Assembly: GCF_046119375.1 (NCBI RefSeq) | Contig: NW_027362916.1 | Coordinates: forward strand, 1-64,000 | Direction of reading: 5' to 3' | Source of the DNA: Phyllobates terribilis | Taxonomy: Eukaryota | DNA: 64,000 nt | Shown here: positions 12,431-24,808 of the stretch, piece after piece | How the letters are laid out: each line of letters begins with the position of its first letter | Numbering within the stretch: position 1 is the stretch's first letter | Notes under the pieces: generated by a model | Seen by the model: only the letters and a program-made list of their open reading frames with translations | Databases searched by the model: none | Told to the model about the DNA's origin: nothing | Translations under genes and position numbers: made by a program

Positions 12431-12965
12431 CAGGAGCTGTGATGAGGTCACAGGAGGGGAGGAGTCAGGGGTCACATGATCAGGGGCCTCAGTGGATGCA
12501 GGACTCTGCTGTGCTGGTTGTCATGGTGCTGGATGAGCTGAAGTTTATGTGTGGGGTCTGGAGGGGTTTACAGTGTGGATGTAGCAGAGCAGCGTGTGTG
12601 CGAGGCGTACGGAGCGAAGCCGCGCGTGTACGAGGCGTACGGAGCGGAGCCGCGCGTGTACGAGGTGTACGGAGCGGAGCCGCGCGTGTACAAGGCGTAC
12701 TGAGCGGAGCCGCGTGTGTACGAGGTGTACGGAGCGGAGCCGCGTGTGTACGAGGTGTACGGAGTGGAGCCGCGCGTGTACGAGGCGTACGGAGCGGAGC
12801 CGCGCGTGTACAAGGCGTACTGAGCGGAGCCGCGTGTGTACGAGGTGTACGGAGCGGAGCCGCGTGTGTACGAGGTGTACGGAGCGGAGCCGCATGTACG
12901 GGGTGTACAGAGCGGAGCGGCAGACGAGGAGCACGGAGCGGGGCCGTGTGTGTATGAGGTGTACG
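12431..12965 (+). repeat. ~165-bp unique head followed by a 30-bp CpG-rich minisatellite
   Basis: Head CAGGAGCTGTGATGAGGTCACAGGAG..GTGGATGTAGCAGAGC, then GTGTACGAGGTGTACGGAGCGGAGCCGCGC repeats; an inverted copy lies at 17170-18908. Confidence 0.9.
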
Positions 12966-12979
12966 GAGCACATATGGGG

Positions 12980-14081
12980 TATCAACGTATTCAGGAGAAA
13001 TTGCACAACAAATGGTATGGTGCATTTTCTCTTTTTATTATTCTGAAAATGCTAAATTTGGGCATAAAACAGAAGTTTTGTGGTAAAAATAAGATTTTTT
13101 TATTTTCTCGGCTCAACGTCATAAACTTCTGTGAAGCACCTGTGGGTTCAAGGTGCTCACCACATATCTTGATAAATTCCTTGAGGTGTCTAGTTTCCAA
13201 AATGGGGTCACTTGTGGGGGGTTTCCACTGTTTAGGCACATCAGGGGCTCTTGAAAAGCAACATGGCGTCCGCTACCGACTCCAGCCAAATTTTTGTTGC
13301 AAAAGTCGAATGGTGCTCCTTTCCTTCCGAGCCCTGCCGTGCCCTCAAACACTAGTCTTCCACCACATATAGGATACCAGCGTATTCAGGAGTAATTGCA
13401 CAACAAATTGCATGGTCCATTTTCTCATGTTAGATTTGTGAAAATGTAAAATTTTGGACAAAAGTAAAATTTTTGTGGGAAAAAATAAACTGTTCATTTT
13501 TTTCCATTCACATTCCATTAGTTCCTGTAAAGCCCCTGAAGGGCTAATAAACTTCATGAATGTGGTTTTGAGCACTTTGAGGGGTGCAGTTTTTAGAATG
13601 ATGTCACTTTTGGGTATTTTCTGTCATATAGACTCCTCGAAGTCGCTTCAAATGTGATGTGGTCCCTAAAAAAATGGTTTTGTAAATTTTGTTGGAAAAA
13701 TGAAAAATCGCTGAACTTTTAACCCTTATAGCTCCCTAATAAAAATATATTTTGGTTCCAAAATTGTGCTGATGTAAAGTAGACATGTGGGAAATGTTAT
13801 TTATTAACTATTTTTTGTGAAATATCTCTGATTTAAAGGCATAGGAATTGTGACATTTTCAAAATTTTCGCCAAATTTCCTTTTTTTTTTTCACAAATAA
13901 ACGCAAGTCATGTCAAAGAAATTTTACCAATGTTGTGAAGTACAACATGTCACAAAAAAAACAGTCTCAGAATCAGGGAGATCCGTTGAAGTGTTCCAGA
14001 GTTATTACCTCATAAAGTGACAATGGTCAGAATTGAAAAAAATGGCCTGGTCACTAAGTGGCTCAGTCCTTAAGGGGTTAA
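12980..14081. mobile_element. Right part of a non-autonomous TTAA-ended DNA element (TTAACCCCTT..AAGGGGTTAA family)
   Basis: Ends CCTTAAGGGGTTAA at ~14080; internal repeats (GTATTCAGGAG.AATTGCACAACAAAT) at ~12990 and ~13382. Related pieces at ~31390 and 33100-33600. Confidence 0.55.
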
Positions 14082-14087
14082 ACGGAG

Positions 14088-14287
14088 TATAATTATTATT
14101 ATAATAATTGTTATTATAGCGCCACTAATTTCTTGGCGCTTTACATGTGTAAAAGGGTATGCATAGCAAACAACGAGTACAATAATTTGAACAAAAATGA
14201 GTCAGTGACTGGTACAGGAGGAGTGAGAACCCTGCCAGCGAGGGCTCACAATCTACAAAGGATGGGTGAGGATACAGTAGGTGAGGG
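14088..14287 (-). mobile_element. L2 LINE 3' end
   Basis: Reverse complement resembles the L2 3' UTR and tail at 8960-9106 (CATCCTTTGTAGATTGTGAGCCCTCGC..TGTAAAGCGCC..ATAATAAT). Confidence 0.8.
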
Positions 14288-14479
14288 AATATTTGACACG
14301 TTCCCTAAAAATTTCTGGCTTAGTACTGCAGTAATATCTTATGTATGACGACCACGGTTTTAGGTACTGGCCTTGTAGTATGGTATTGGTACGCGACCAA
14401 GTGTGAATAGTTTGGAACAACACACAACTGCCAGACTTTAAATGGAGTATAAAGAACGCCTTGTAAACACAACACACGG

Positions 14480-14650
14480 CTCCGTTTCATACACCTCATA
14501 CACACGCGGCTCTGCTCCGTACACCTCATACACGCAAGGCTCTGCTACGTATGCCTTGTACACGCATGGCTACGCACACCTCGTACACGCACGGCTCCAC
14601 TTCGTACACCTTGTACACGCACGGCTCCGCTTCGTACACCTTGTACATGC
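14480..14650 (-). repeat. 30-bp minisatellite, degenerate copies abutting the Gmr1-like LTR
   Basis: CACGCGGCTCTGCTCCGTACACCTCATACA units, same family as 17170-18740. Confidence 0.85.
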
Positions 14651-17166
14651 TGTGACGGATCAGCTCTCGGGTAGGCGCAGTTTCACAGAGGAATGCAGCC
14701 TGCAGGTTCAAAAAGAAACTGGTGGCTTATTAAATGTCCATAAACCAACCAGGAAAACAAAACATAACAGCCTTTTTCTGGCACAAAAAGGTATAACAGA
14801 AAAAAACTCAAAATAACCCGTCCATATGCAGCACGGCTTCAGCCGTTTAAATGTAGTGCTTTTCTCTGCCTCCAGCAGACTCTGAGCAGCGCATGCAAGG
14901 TCTGCTCACCTTGCACAACACACAGCACAATGAGACAGGTGCAGCTGTCTTAAATCAGGCCTTCCAAGACCTGGACTGGTGGTAAGTGAGCAGCTGTTCC
15001 CACTCCCAACTTTTTCAGCTGCTCGTAAAACTCCGCCCTTTAATCCGGGTCCATTAACTCCCTCTCAGCACTATGTGTGCTGGAGCCTGCTTCTTCGGGT
15101 CCTACATAACCGAAGCTTGGTAATTCGGGGACACATACCTCCCGTCGACGACTTGTGCGGTAGCAACCTTGCACACCCCACCTCTGCCCAAAGCCGGGGG
15201 CTTGGCACCTTCTGCCACCATACAATAGACCCTTGACAGGGCATCAGCATTCCCATGTTGTTTCCCAGGCCTATGCTCTACCTGGAAACTAATATCTTGT
15301 AGGGCTAGGAACCATCTAGTTACTCGGGCATTGTTCCCCTTCTTTTCTCGCATTCACCTCAATGGGTCATGGTCTGACGCTAACCTGAAACTTCTACCTA
15401 ACAGGTAATATCTCAAAGTGTCCAACGTCCACTTGATGGCTAAACATTCTCAGTTTCCAACTGAGGTACATTAGAGGGTGTTCCTCTCCGTTAATCTCCT
15501 GGGACAAGAATGCTCCCAGCCTGACATCCGATGCATCCATCTGGACCACAAACTCTTTTGAGAAGTTGGGAGCCACCAAGACTGGCTGTTTACAGAGGGC
15601 CAGATTCAATTCCTGGAAGGCCACTTCAGCTTCCGTGGACCACTTGGCCATAGCTGACTTCGTCCCTTTCAGCAGATCCGTCTGCTATCAGGGCAAAGTT
15701 AGGGACAAATCTTCGATAGTAGACCACGATGCCTAGAAATGCCCTGACCTGCTTCTTCAAGAGGGGCTGTGGCAAGTTCAGGATCGCCTCGACCTTATTT
15801 ATTTGTGGTTTTATTTCCCCTCTACCAACCACGTAGCCCAGATACTTGGCTTCCTCAATCTCCATGGCACATTTCTTCGGGTTGATGGTAAAGCCCGCCT
15901 TCCTTAAAGCATCAAGTATGGCTTGAACTTTTCTAAGAATACTTTCCCAGTCCTGGCTGAATATGACAATGTCATCTAGGTAGGCCGCTGCATACTTTTT
16001 GTGGGGTGCTAAGATCCGGTCCATGGATCTCTGGAAGGTGGCCGGAGCTCCCTGCAACCCAAACGCCATCCTGACTTATTGATAACCGTCTGGCATCGAG
16101 AAGGCCGTCTTCTCCTTGGCCTCTTTGGACAGGGGAATTTGCCAATATTCTTTGGTGAGGTCTAGGGTGGTGATGTACTGAGTGGGTCCTAGCCTTTCGA
16201 TAAGCTCATCTTCAAGACCTCGTTCAGCTTCCTATAGTTATTGCAAAACCGCGATTCTCCATCTGGTTTCGGCACTAAGACTATAGGACTGGACCAGACA
16301 CTCTTGGACTCCTCAATGACTCCAAGGTTCAGGATCCGCTTCAACTCTTTCGAGATCACCTCTCTGCGGGCCTAAAAAGGTTTTAGGTTGACACGAACAT
16401 GAGGCTCTGTGAGTACTTCATGCTCTATGACCCGAGTGAGTCCTGGCAATTCTGAAAACAGGTCTTTATTTCGCTGTAGAAACTCTTTGCACTGTTGCTT
16501 TTGGGCACGTGACAGCGACTCTGGCACCTTGACCTCTTTCACATCAGCGTCAGGCTCAGTCACTAAACACGAAGCTTCCACGGGCTCCCTATCTCGCTAT
16601 GGCTTAATCAAGTTGACGTGGTACACCTGGTAGGGTTTCCTTCTCTCTGGCTGGTGGAGTTAATAGTTGACCTCACTAACCTTTTCAACTATTTCATAGG
16701 GGCCCTGCCACTTCACCAGGAAGTTGCTCTCCACTGTAGGTACCAGCACCAGTACCCGATCCCTAGGGTTGAAGTGTCTCACTCGTGCCGATCTATTGTA
16801 CACCCTAGATTGCGCCTCTTGTGCTTGGAGGAGGTGCTCTTTCACGATGGGCATCACCATGGCAATTCTCTCTTGCATTTGGGCCATGTGTTCGATTACA
16901 CTCCGGTAGGGTGTAGACTCCGCCTCCCAAGTCTCCTTTGCCACATCCAGGAGCCCTTGGGGGTGTTGGCCATCCAACAGCTCAAAAGGGGAGAATCCAG
17001 TAGAGGACTGTGGTACCCCTCTGATGGAGAAGAGACGGTACGGAAGTAGGCAGTCCCTGTCTCGGCCGTCCTTCTCTACGATCTTCTTTAACATGTGTGC
17101 TGGAGCCTGCTTCTCCGGGTCCTACATCAACGAAGCTTGGTACTTCGGGGTCACATACCTCCCGTC
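14651..17166 (-). mobile_element. Gmr1-like Gypsy LTR retrotransposon, internally deleted (IN C-term, RT, RNase H, 3' LTR)
   Basis: Minus-strand order: integrase tail (PQSSTGFSPFELL..KWQGPY, 16660-17094), then RT (FGLQGAPATFQR..AYLDDIVIF, 15626-16069), then RNase H (QMDASDVRLG..WFLALQD..HGNADALSR). 3' LTR 14651-15174 has TG..CA ends and is preceded by a purine-rich tract. A 5'-LTR piece at 17093-17166 matches 15073-15145. Confidence 0.85.
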
Positions 17167-17169
17167 CAT

Positions 17170-18908
17170 GACCTCCGTACACGCGCGGCTCCGCTCCGTA
17201 CACCTCGCACACGCGCGGCTCCGCTGCGTACACCTCGCACACGCGCGGCTCCGCTGCGTACACCTCGTTGACGCGCGGCTCCGCTCCGCACACCTCGCAC
17301 ACGCGCGGCTCCGCTGCGTACACCTCGCACACGCGCGGCTCCGCTGCGTACACCTCGCACACGCGCGGCTCCACTCCGTACACCTCGCACACGCGCGGCT
17401 CCGCTGCATACACCTCGTACACGCGCGGCACCGCTCCGTACACCTCGTACACGCGCGGCTCCGCTCCGTACACCTCGTACAAACGCGGCTCCGCTCCGTA
17501 CACCTCGTACACACGCGGCTCCGCTCCGTACACCTCGTACACACGCGGCTCCGCTCAGTACACCTCGTAGACACACGCGGCTCCGCTCAGTACACCTCGT
17601 AGACACACGCGGCTCCGCTCAGTACACCTCGTAGACACACGCGGCTCCGCTCCGTACACCTCGTAGACACACGCGGCTCCTCTCCGTACACCTCGCACAC
17701 GCGCGGCTCCGCACACACGCTGTTCCTTTCTGTACTCCTTGGATGCGCGGCTCCGCTCCGTACACCTCATGGACGCGTGGCTCCGCCCCGCACACCTCGT
17801 GGACGCGCGGCTCCGCTCCGCACACCTTGTACACGCGCGGCTCCGCTCCGTACACCACGCACACGCGCGGCTCCGCTCCGTACACCTCGCACACGCGCGG
17901 CTCCGCTCCGTACACCTCGCACACGCGCGGCTCTTCTCCGTACACCTCGCACACGCGCGGCTCTTCTCCGTACACCTCGCACACGCGCGGCTCTTCTCCG
18001 TACACCTCGCACACGCGCGGCTCTTCTCCGTACACCTCGCACACGCGCGGCTCCTCTCCGTACACCTCGAACACGCGCGGCTCCTCTCCGTACACCTCGT
18101 ACACGGGCGGCTCCGCTCCGTACACCTCGAACAGACGCGGCTCCGCTCCGTACGCCTCGTACACGCGCGGCTCCGCTCCGTACGCCTCGTACACGCGCGG
18201 CTCCGCTCCGTACGCCTCGTACACGCGCGGCTCCGCTCCGTACGCCTCGTACACGCGCGGCTCCGCTCCGTACGCCTCGTACACGCGCGGCTCCGCTCCG
18301 TACGCCTCGTACACGCGCGGCTCCGCTCCGTACGCCTCGTACACGCGCGGCTCCGCTCCGTACGCCTCGTACACGCGCGGCTCCGCTCCGCACGCCTCGT
18401 ACACGCGCGGCTCCGCTCCGCACGCCTCGTACACGCGCGGCTCCGCTCCGCACGCCTCGTACACGCGCGGCTCCGCTCCGCACGCCTCGTACACGCGCGG
18501 CTCCGCTCCGTACGCCTCGTACACACGGGGCTCCGCTCCGTACACCTCGTACACACGCGGCTCCGCTCCGTACACCTCGTACACACGCGGCTCCGCTCCG
18601 TACACCTCGTACACACGCGGCTCCGCTCCGTACACCTCGTACACACGCGGCTCTGCTCCGTACACCTCGTACACACGCGGCTCCTCTCCGTACACCTCGT
18701 ACACACGGGGCTCCGCTCCGTACACCTCGTACACACGGCTCTGCTACATCCACACTGTAAATCCCTCCTGACCCCACACATAAACTTCAGCTCATCCACC
18801 ACCATGACAACCAGCACAGCAGAGTCCTGCATCCACTGAGGCCCCTGATCATGTGACCCCTGACTCTTCCCCTCCTGTGACCTCCTGTGACCTCATCACA
18901 GCTCCTGT
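17170..18908 (-). repeat. 30-bp CpG-rich minisatellite (~50 copies) plus the ~165-bp head, inverted relative to 12431-12965
   Basis: Unit CACGCGCGGCTCCGCTCCGTACACCTCGTA; the head at 18738-18908 is the reverse complement of 12431-12590. Confidence 0.95.
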
Positions 18909-19661
18909 ACAGGACCCCTTTACTGCCCCCCACAGTGTAATGCCCCCATTATGCCCCTTATACAGTATGTATGATGCCCCCACACAGTGTAATTCCCCCA
19001 TTATGCCCCTTATGCAGGATGTATTATGTCCCACACAGTGTAATGCCCCATTATGCCCCTTATGCAGGATGTATTATGCCCCCACACAGTGTAATGCCCC
19101 CATTATGCCCCTTATGCAGTACGTATGATGCCCACACACAGTGTAATGCCCCCATTATGCCCCTTATGCAGGATGTATGATGCCCCCACACAGTGTAATG
19201 CCCCCATTATGCCTCTTATGCAGGATGTATGATGCCCCCCACACAGTGTAATGCCCCTTATGCAGGATGTATGATGCCCCCACAGTGTAATGCCCCTTAT
19301 GCAGTATGTATGATGCCCCCACACAGTGTAATGCCCCCATTATGCCCCTTATGCAGTACGTATGATGCCCACACACAATGTAATGCACCCATTATGCCCC
19401 TTATGCAGTATGTATGATGCCCCCACAGTGTAATGCCCCTTATGCAGTATGTATGATGCCCCCACACAGTGAAATGCCCCCATTATGCCCCTTATACTGT
19501 TTATATGATGCCCCCACACAGTGTAATGCCCCCATTATGCCCCTTATGTAGTATGTATGATGCCCCCACACAGCGTAATACCTCTATTATGCCCCTTATG
19601 CAAGATGTATGATGCCCCCACACAGTGTAATGCCCCCATTATGCCCCTTATGCAGGATGTA

Positions 19662-21301
19662 CAGTTAGGTCCATATATATTTGGACAAAGAGAACATTTT
19701 TCTAATTTTGGTTCTAGACATTACCACAATGAATTTTAAACAAAACAATTTAGATGCAGTTGAATTTCAGACTTTCAGCTTTCATTTGAGGGTATCCACA
19801 TTAAAATTGGATGAAGGGTTTAGGAGTTTCAACTCCTTAACATGTGCCACCCTGTTTTTAAAAGGGACCAAAATTAATTGGACAGATTAAATAATTGTAA
19901 ATAAAATGTTAATTTCTAGTACTTGGTTGAAAACCCTTTGTTGGCAATGACTGCGTGAAGTCTTGAACTCATGGACATCACGAGACGCGGTGTTTCCTCC
20001 TTTTTGATGCTCTGCCAGGCCTTCACTGCGGTGGTTTTCAGTTGCTGTTTGTTTGTGGGCCTTTCTGTCTGAAGTTTAGTTTTTAACAAGTGAAATGCAT
20101 GCTCAATTGGGTTGAGATCAGGTGACTGACTTGGCCATTCAAGAATATTCCACTTCTTTGCTTTAATAAACTCCTGGGTTGCTTTGGCTTTAAGTTTTGG
20201 GTCATTGTCCATCTGTAGTATGAAACGACGACCAGTCAGTTTGGCTGCATTTGGCTGGATCTGAGCACACAGTATGGCTCTGAATACATCAGAGTACATT
20301 CGGCTGCTTCTGTCCTGTGTCACATCATCAATAAACACTAGTGACCCAGTGCCATTGGCAGCCATGCATGCCCAAGCCATCACACTGCCTCCGCCGTGTT
20401 TTACAGATGATGTGGTATTCTTTGGATCATGAGCTGTACCACGCCTTCGCCATACTTTTCTCTTTCCATCATTCTGGTATAGGTTGATCTTGGTTTCATC
20501 TGTCCAAAGAATGTTCTTCCAGAACTGTGCTGGCTTTTTTGGATGTTCTTTTAGCAAAGTCTGGTGTAGCCTTTTTATTCTTGATGCTTATGAGTGGCTT
20601 GCACCGTGCAGTGAACCCTCTGTATTTACTTTCATGCAGTCTTCTCTTTATGGTAGATTTGGATATTGATACGCCTACCTCCTGGAGAGTGTTGTTCACT
20701 TGGTTGGCTGTTGTGAAAGGGTTTCTCTTCACCATGGAGATTATTCTGCGATCATCCACCACTGTTGTCTTCCGTGGGCGCCCAGGTCTTTTTGCATTGA
20801 TGAGTTCACCAGTGCTTTCTTTCTTTCTCAGGATGTACCAAACTGTAGATTTTGCCACTCCTAATATTGTAGCAATTTCTCGAATGGGTTTTTTCTGTTT
20901 TTGCAGCTTAAGGATGGCTTGTTTCACCTGCATGGAGAGCTCATTTGACCGCATGTTTACTTCACAGCAAAACCTTCCAAATGCAAGCACCACACCTCAA
21001 ATCAACTCCAGGCCTTTTATCTGCTTAATTGAGAATGACATAACGAAGGTGTTGCCCACACCTGTCTATGAAATAGCCTTGGAGTCAATTGTCCAATTAA
21101 TTTTGGTCCCTTTAAAAACAGGGTGGCACATGTTAAGGAGCTGAAACTCCTAAACCCTTCATCCAATTTTAATCTGGATACCCTCAAATGAAAGTCTGAA
21201 CTTCAACTGCATCTGAATTGTTTTGTTTAAAATTCATTGTGGTAATGTCTAGAACCAAAATTACAGAAATGTCTCTGTCCAAATATATATGGACCTAACT
21301 G
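19662..21301 (-). mobile_element. Full-length Tc1/mariner (DD34E) transposon, 1640 bp
   Basis: TA|CAGTTAGGTCCATATATATTTGGACA ... TGTCCAAATATATATGGACCTAACTG|TA; ~210-bp TIRs; TA target duplication. Confidence 0.97.
19916..20954 (-). pseudogene. Tc1 transposase with one frameshift (~20540)
   Basis: MRSNELSMQVKQAI (paired-like HTH), GRPRKTT, then LWTDETK / MDNDPK / SPDLNPIEH in the second frame. Confidence 0.92.
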
Positions 21302-21927
21302 TATGATGCCCCCACACAGTGTAATGCCCCCGTTATGCCCCTTATGCAGGATGTATGATGCCCCCACAGTGTAATGCCCCCATTATGCCCCTTATGCAAT
21401 AGGTTTGATGCCCCCCACACAGAGTAATGTTCCTACAGTACCACCTTCCCCCCACACACAGTATAATGTTTCCACAGTACCGGCTGAGGTCCTGCAGTTG
21501 GAATAAGTCCTGAGATTTTACAGTTGAAATAATCCCTCTGGAATTGGTTTTCCCTCTGCCTGCTCCCCTACATGTATACCCTCAGCATGTATGCATGCAT
21601 GTAGGGAAGCAGGCCTTTCTAGATATCGAGTCTTTGTACAGTAATATACCGCATGAGGATGATATCAGAGGAGTAAGACATTTATTGAAATCGAGATCAA
21701 TAGAGTGTAGCAGACATAATGACTTCATGGAGGATCTTCTAACATTCACTCTTAGTCATAACATCTTTCTTTTTGACAGGAAGTACTTACCCGAGCTCAG
21801 GGGTCCTGCGATGGGGAGCCCCTGTACCCCTCATCTGCTAATCTATTACTGGGCTGGTGGGAGGAAACTACAATATTCAGGGATGATAATAAATGGTGGC
21901 ATCCATATATTGGGGCATGGTATAGAT

Positions 21928-23562
21928 CAGGGGTCCTCAAACTACGGCCCGCGGGCCACATGCGGCCCGCGGAGAACTTTTATCCGGCCCGCTGGGCTAT
22001 GGGTGGAGGAGAGGAGAGCGGTGCCATTGCCCGCCCTTCCCCCCGCTTGCTCAGGGCCCCGGCAGGCGGATACTTACCTCTCCCCGTGCCTCCGCAGATC
22101 CGCTGTCTTCCTGCTCTGCGCTTCCTGTGACTTCTCAGGTCAGAGGGCGCGGTGACGTCTTTACACCGCACCCTCCCGAGTGCCGTCACAGGCAGCGCAG
22201 AGCGGGACAACGACGCTTGAGTCCGGACCAGAGTAGAGCAGCGGCAGCAAGTGAAAAGTGAGTATTGGATTTTTTTTTTTTTTATGTATGGAGGCATAGG
22301 TCATTATATGGGGGGTGACATCCTGCATGGGGCATGATATGGGGGGTGACATCCTGCATGGGGCATTATATGGAGGGAAAGGAACATCCTGCATGGGGCA
22401 TAATATGGGGGGGGTGACATGCTGCATGGGGCATAATATGGGGGTGTGACATGCTGCATGTGGCATAATATGGGGGGGTGACATGCTACATGTGGCATTA
22501 TATGGGGGGGTGACATGCTGCATGGGGCATTATATGGGGGGGGTGACATGCTGCATGGGGCATTATAAAGACAGGGGAGTGATATCCTGCATGGGGCGTT
22601 ATTTGGGGGGTGGCATCCAGCATGGGGCATTATAAGGGGGGAACAGCCTGCATGGGGCATTATATGGGGGGAACATCCTGCATATGGCATTATAAGGGGG
22701 AAACAGCCTGCCTGTTGGGAACATTTACCTGCCCATTGAGGACCTATGCTGCCTATTGGGGACATTTACCTGCCTATTGGAGACATATGCTGCCTATTGG
22801 GGACCTATGCTGTCTATTGGGGACATTCACTTGCCTATTAGAAACCTATGCAGCCTATTGGGGACATTTACCTGCCTATTGAGTACCTATGCTGCCTATT
22901 GGGGACATTTACCTGCCTATTGGGGACATTTACCTACCTATTGGAGACCTATGCTGCCTATTGGGGACCTTTACCTGCCTATTGGGGACCTATGCTGTCT
23001 ATTGGGGACGTTTACCTGCCTATTGGAGACGTTTACTTGCCTATTAGGAACCTATGCTGCCTATTGGGAACCTATGCTGCCTATTGGGAACATTTACTTG
23101 CCTATTAGGAACCTATGCTGCCTATTGGGGATATTTAACTGCCTATTGGGGACATTTACTTGCCTATTGGGGACTCTCGCACCACACCAGTCTGAGCTTG
23201 AGATAATTTGTTAAACAATGCCTTCTTTCTGTTCTCCAACCAGATCCAGACTAACTGATACACACTTGCATCACTTGTTACGACAAGCAGTGACAAATAT
23301 GGAACCGGACATTGACCATCTCATTAGCCAAAAGCAGGCCCATAGTTCCCATTGAAATACCGGTAAGTTTGTTGATTTAACTTTACTTCTTCTTCATTTT
23401 AAATATTATATTTGTTCCCGTTTTGTTTTTTTACTTCAAAATAAGATATGTGCAGTGTGCATAGGAATTTGTTCATAGTTTTTTTTAAAACTATATTCCG
23501 ACCCTCCAATGGTCTGAGGGACAGTGAACTGGCCCCCTGTTTAAAAAGTTTGAGGACCCCTG
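21928..23562 (+). mobile_element. Non-autonomous hAT (Charlie/SPIN/OC1-like) with internal tandem arrays and a transposase C-terminal remnant
   Basis: TIRs CAGGGGTCCTCAAACT ... AGTTTGAGGACCCCTG; perfect 8-bp TSD GTATAGAT (21920-21927 / 23563-23570). RSRLTDTHLHHLLRQAVTNMEPDIDHLISQKQAHSSH* at ~23243-23356; two internal minisatellites at 22300-23170. Confidence 0.92.
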
Positions 23563-23734
23563 GTATAGATATATTGACAACATTTTTATCATCTGGTCAA
23601 GGACGAGTGAACAATTTCTTGAATTTGTCAGAGAACTCAATATCCATAGAGTGGGCCTTAGATTTATGTCCGAGTTTAATTAATACCAGTTTCCTTTCCT
23701 GGATGTACTAATCAAGAAAGTACGGGATGGGAGC

Positions 23735-24071
23735 CTGGGCTGTGGAGTTGGTAAGCCAAACCTTCGACTCCTACTCCTCAATTTCCATGACACCGACACC
23801 GACTTCTACTCCACGACTCCGACTCCCTCATACATGGCTCATGTTTAAGTGATAAATTTACAGTAGGACACATTTTTTCTCAGCTAAAACTCTAGACCCT
23901 TAGATCAGGAACAGGACAGACATTTATAGGACATTTCATAACTTTCCCAAATTCTTATGAAAAAATATTACTCACAAACTGCATTGAACTACTGTGCCCA
24001 ATTTATTATGTATTTTAGGAGTCGGAGTCGGTCCATTTTACACCGACTCCAACTCTGACTCCACAGCCCTG
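23735..24071. mobile_element. MITE with CAGGGCTGTGGAGT TIRs
   Basis: CTGGGCTGTGGAGTTGG ... CTGACTCCACAGCCCTG; near-identical flanks GATGGGAGC / GATGGGACC. Confidence 0.8.
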
Positions 24072-24808
24072 GATGGGACCCTAGGGACACTCCTCTACCA
24101 TAAACTATTAAAGCGGGATAGCCACCACCCCATCCTACTAAAAAAAAAAAAGCAATATCCAAGGGCCAATTTTTACAGTTGAGAAGAAACTGCTCTAATG
24201 TCACAGATATTAATATACAGGCAATAGACATAAACACCAGATTCAAGGAAAAAAGTATCCACAGTACATTTTGGATTCTGCACCATTGTTTGCAGAAAAA
24301 CAGGAGAGACAGACACTCCTCCATACCTAACCAAGACACCAAGAAAAATATGGGATAACACAAGTACGTAATAGGAACTTGTGACAATCAGAGTGACCAT
24401 ATCTTTAATACCTCAGAAAACACTAGGATGTACTTGTGGCCGACCTGGACCTGAGGGTGCTGTGGAATCTACTCCCACAATAACTTTTAGAAAGGGTTGG
24501 TCAATTAGGGACCGTTTAGTGCATAGTTTCTATAAAAACCTGCACCCAAGGGGACATGGCTAGATAGAAGAATCTGTGGTTTCTTTAGATGTGGAGAAAG
24601 TTGTACATGTAATTGGATGAGACCATGTAAATCTTTCTCGAGTTCCTCTACATGTGAAACCCTTTTCCAGAGGGATTATTCCAACTGTAAAACCTCAGGA
24701 CTTGTATATGTGGCCACATGCACCTACCTCCTAGATTATGTATGCATGACCAAGAGGCAGTCTAGGAGGAGTGTGGGGGGCATTTGGGCGAAATACGCCA
24801 TGGTCGGG

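Larger units (their letters stand above)
18920..21480. repeat. 52-bp minisatellite (with ~40-bp deletion variant), split by Tc1
   Basis: Unit GTATGATGCCCCCACACAGTGTAATGCCCCCATTATGCCCCTTATGCAGGAT at 18920-19660, resuming at 21302. Confidence 0.9.

Noticed and set aside
17555-18839. Long ORFs (327-425 aa) in all six frames
   Set aside because: Translation of a stop-free 30-bp minisatellite; no domain, splice or start context. The same applies to 12424-13046 and 16982-17606.
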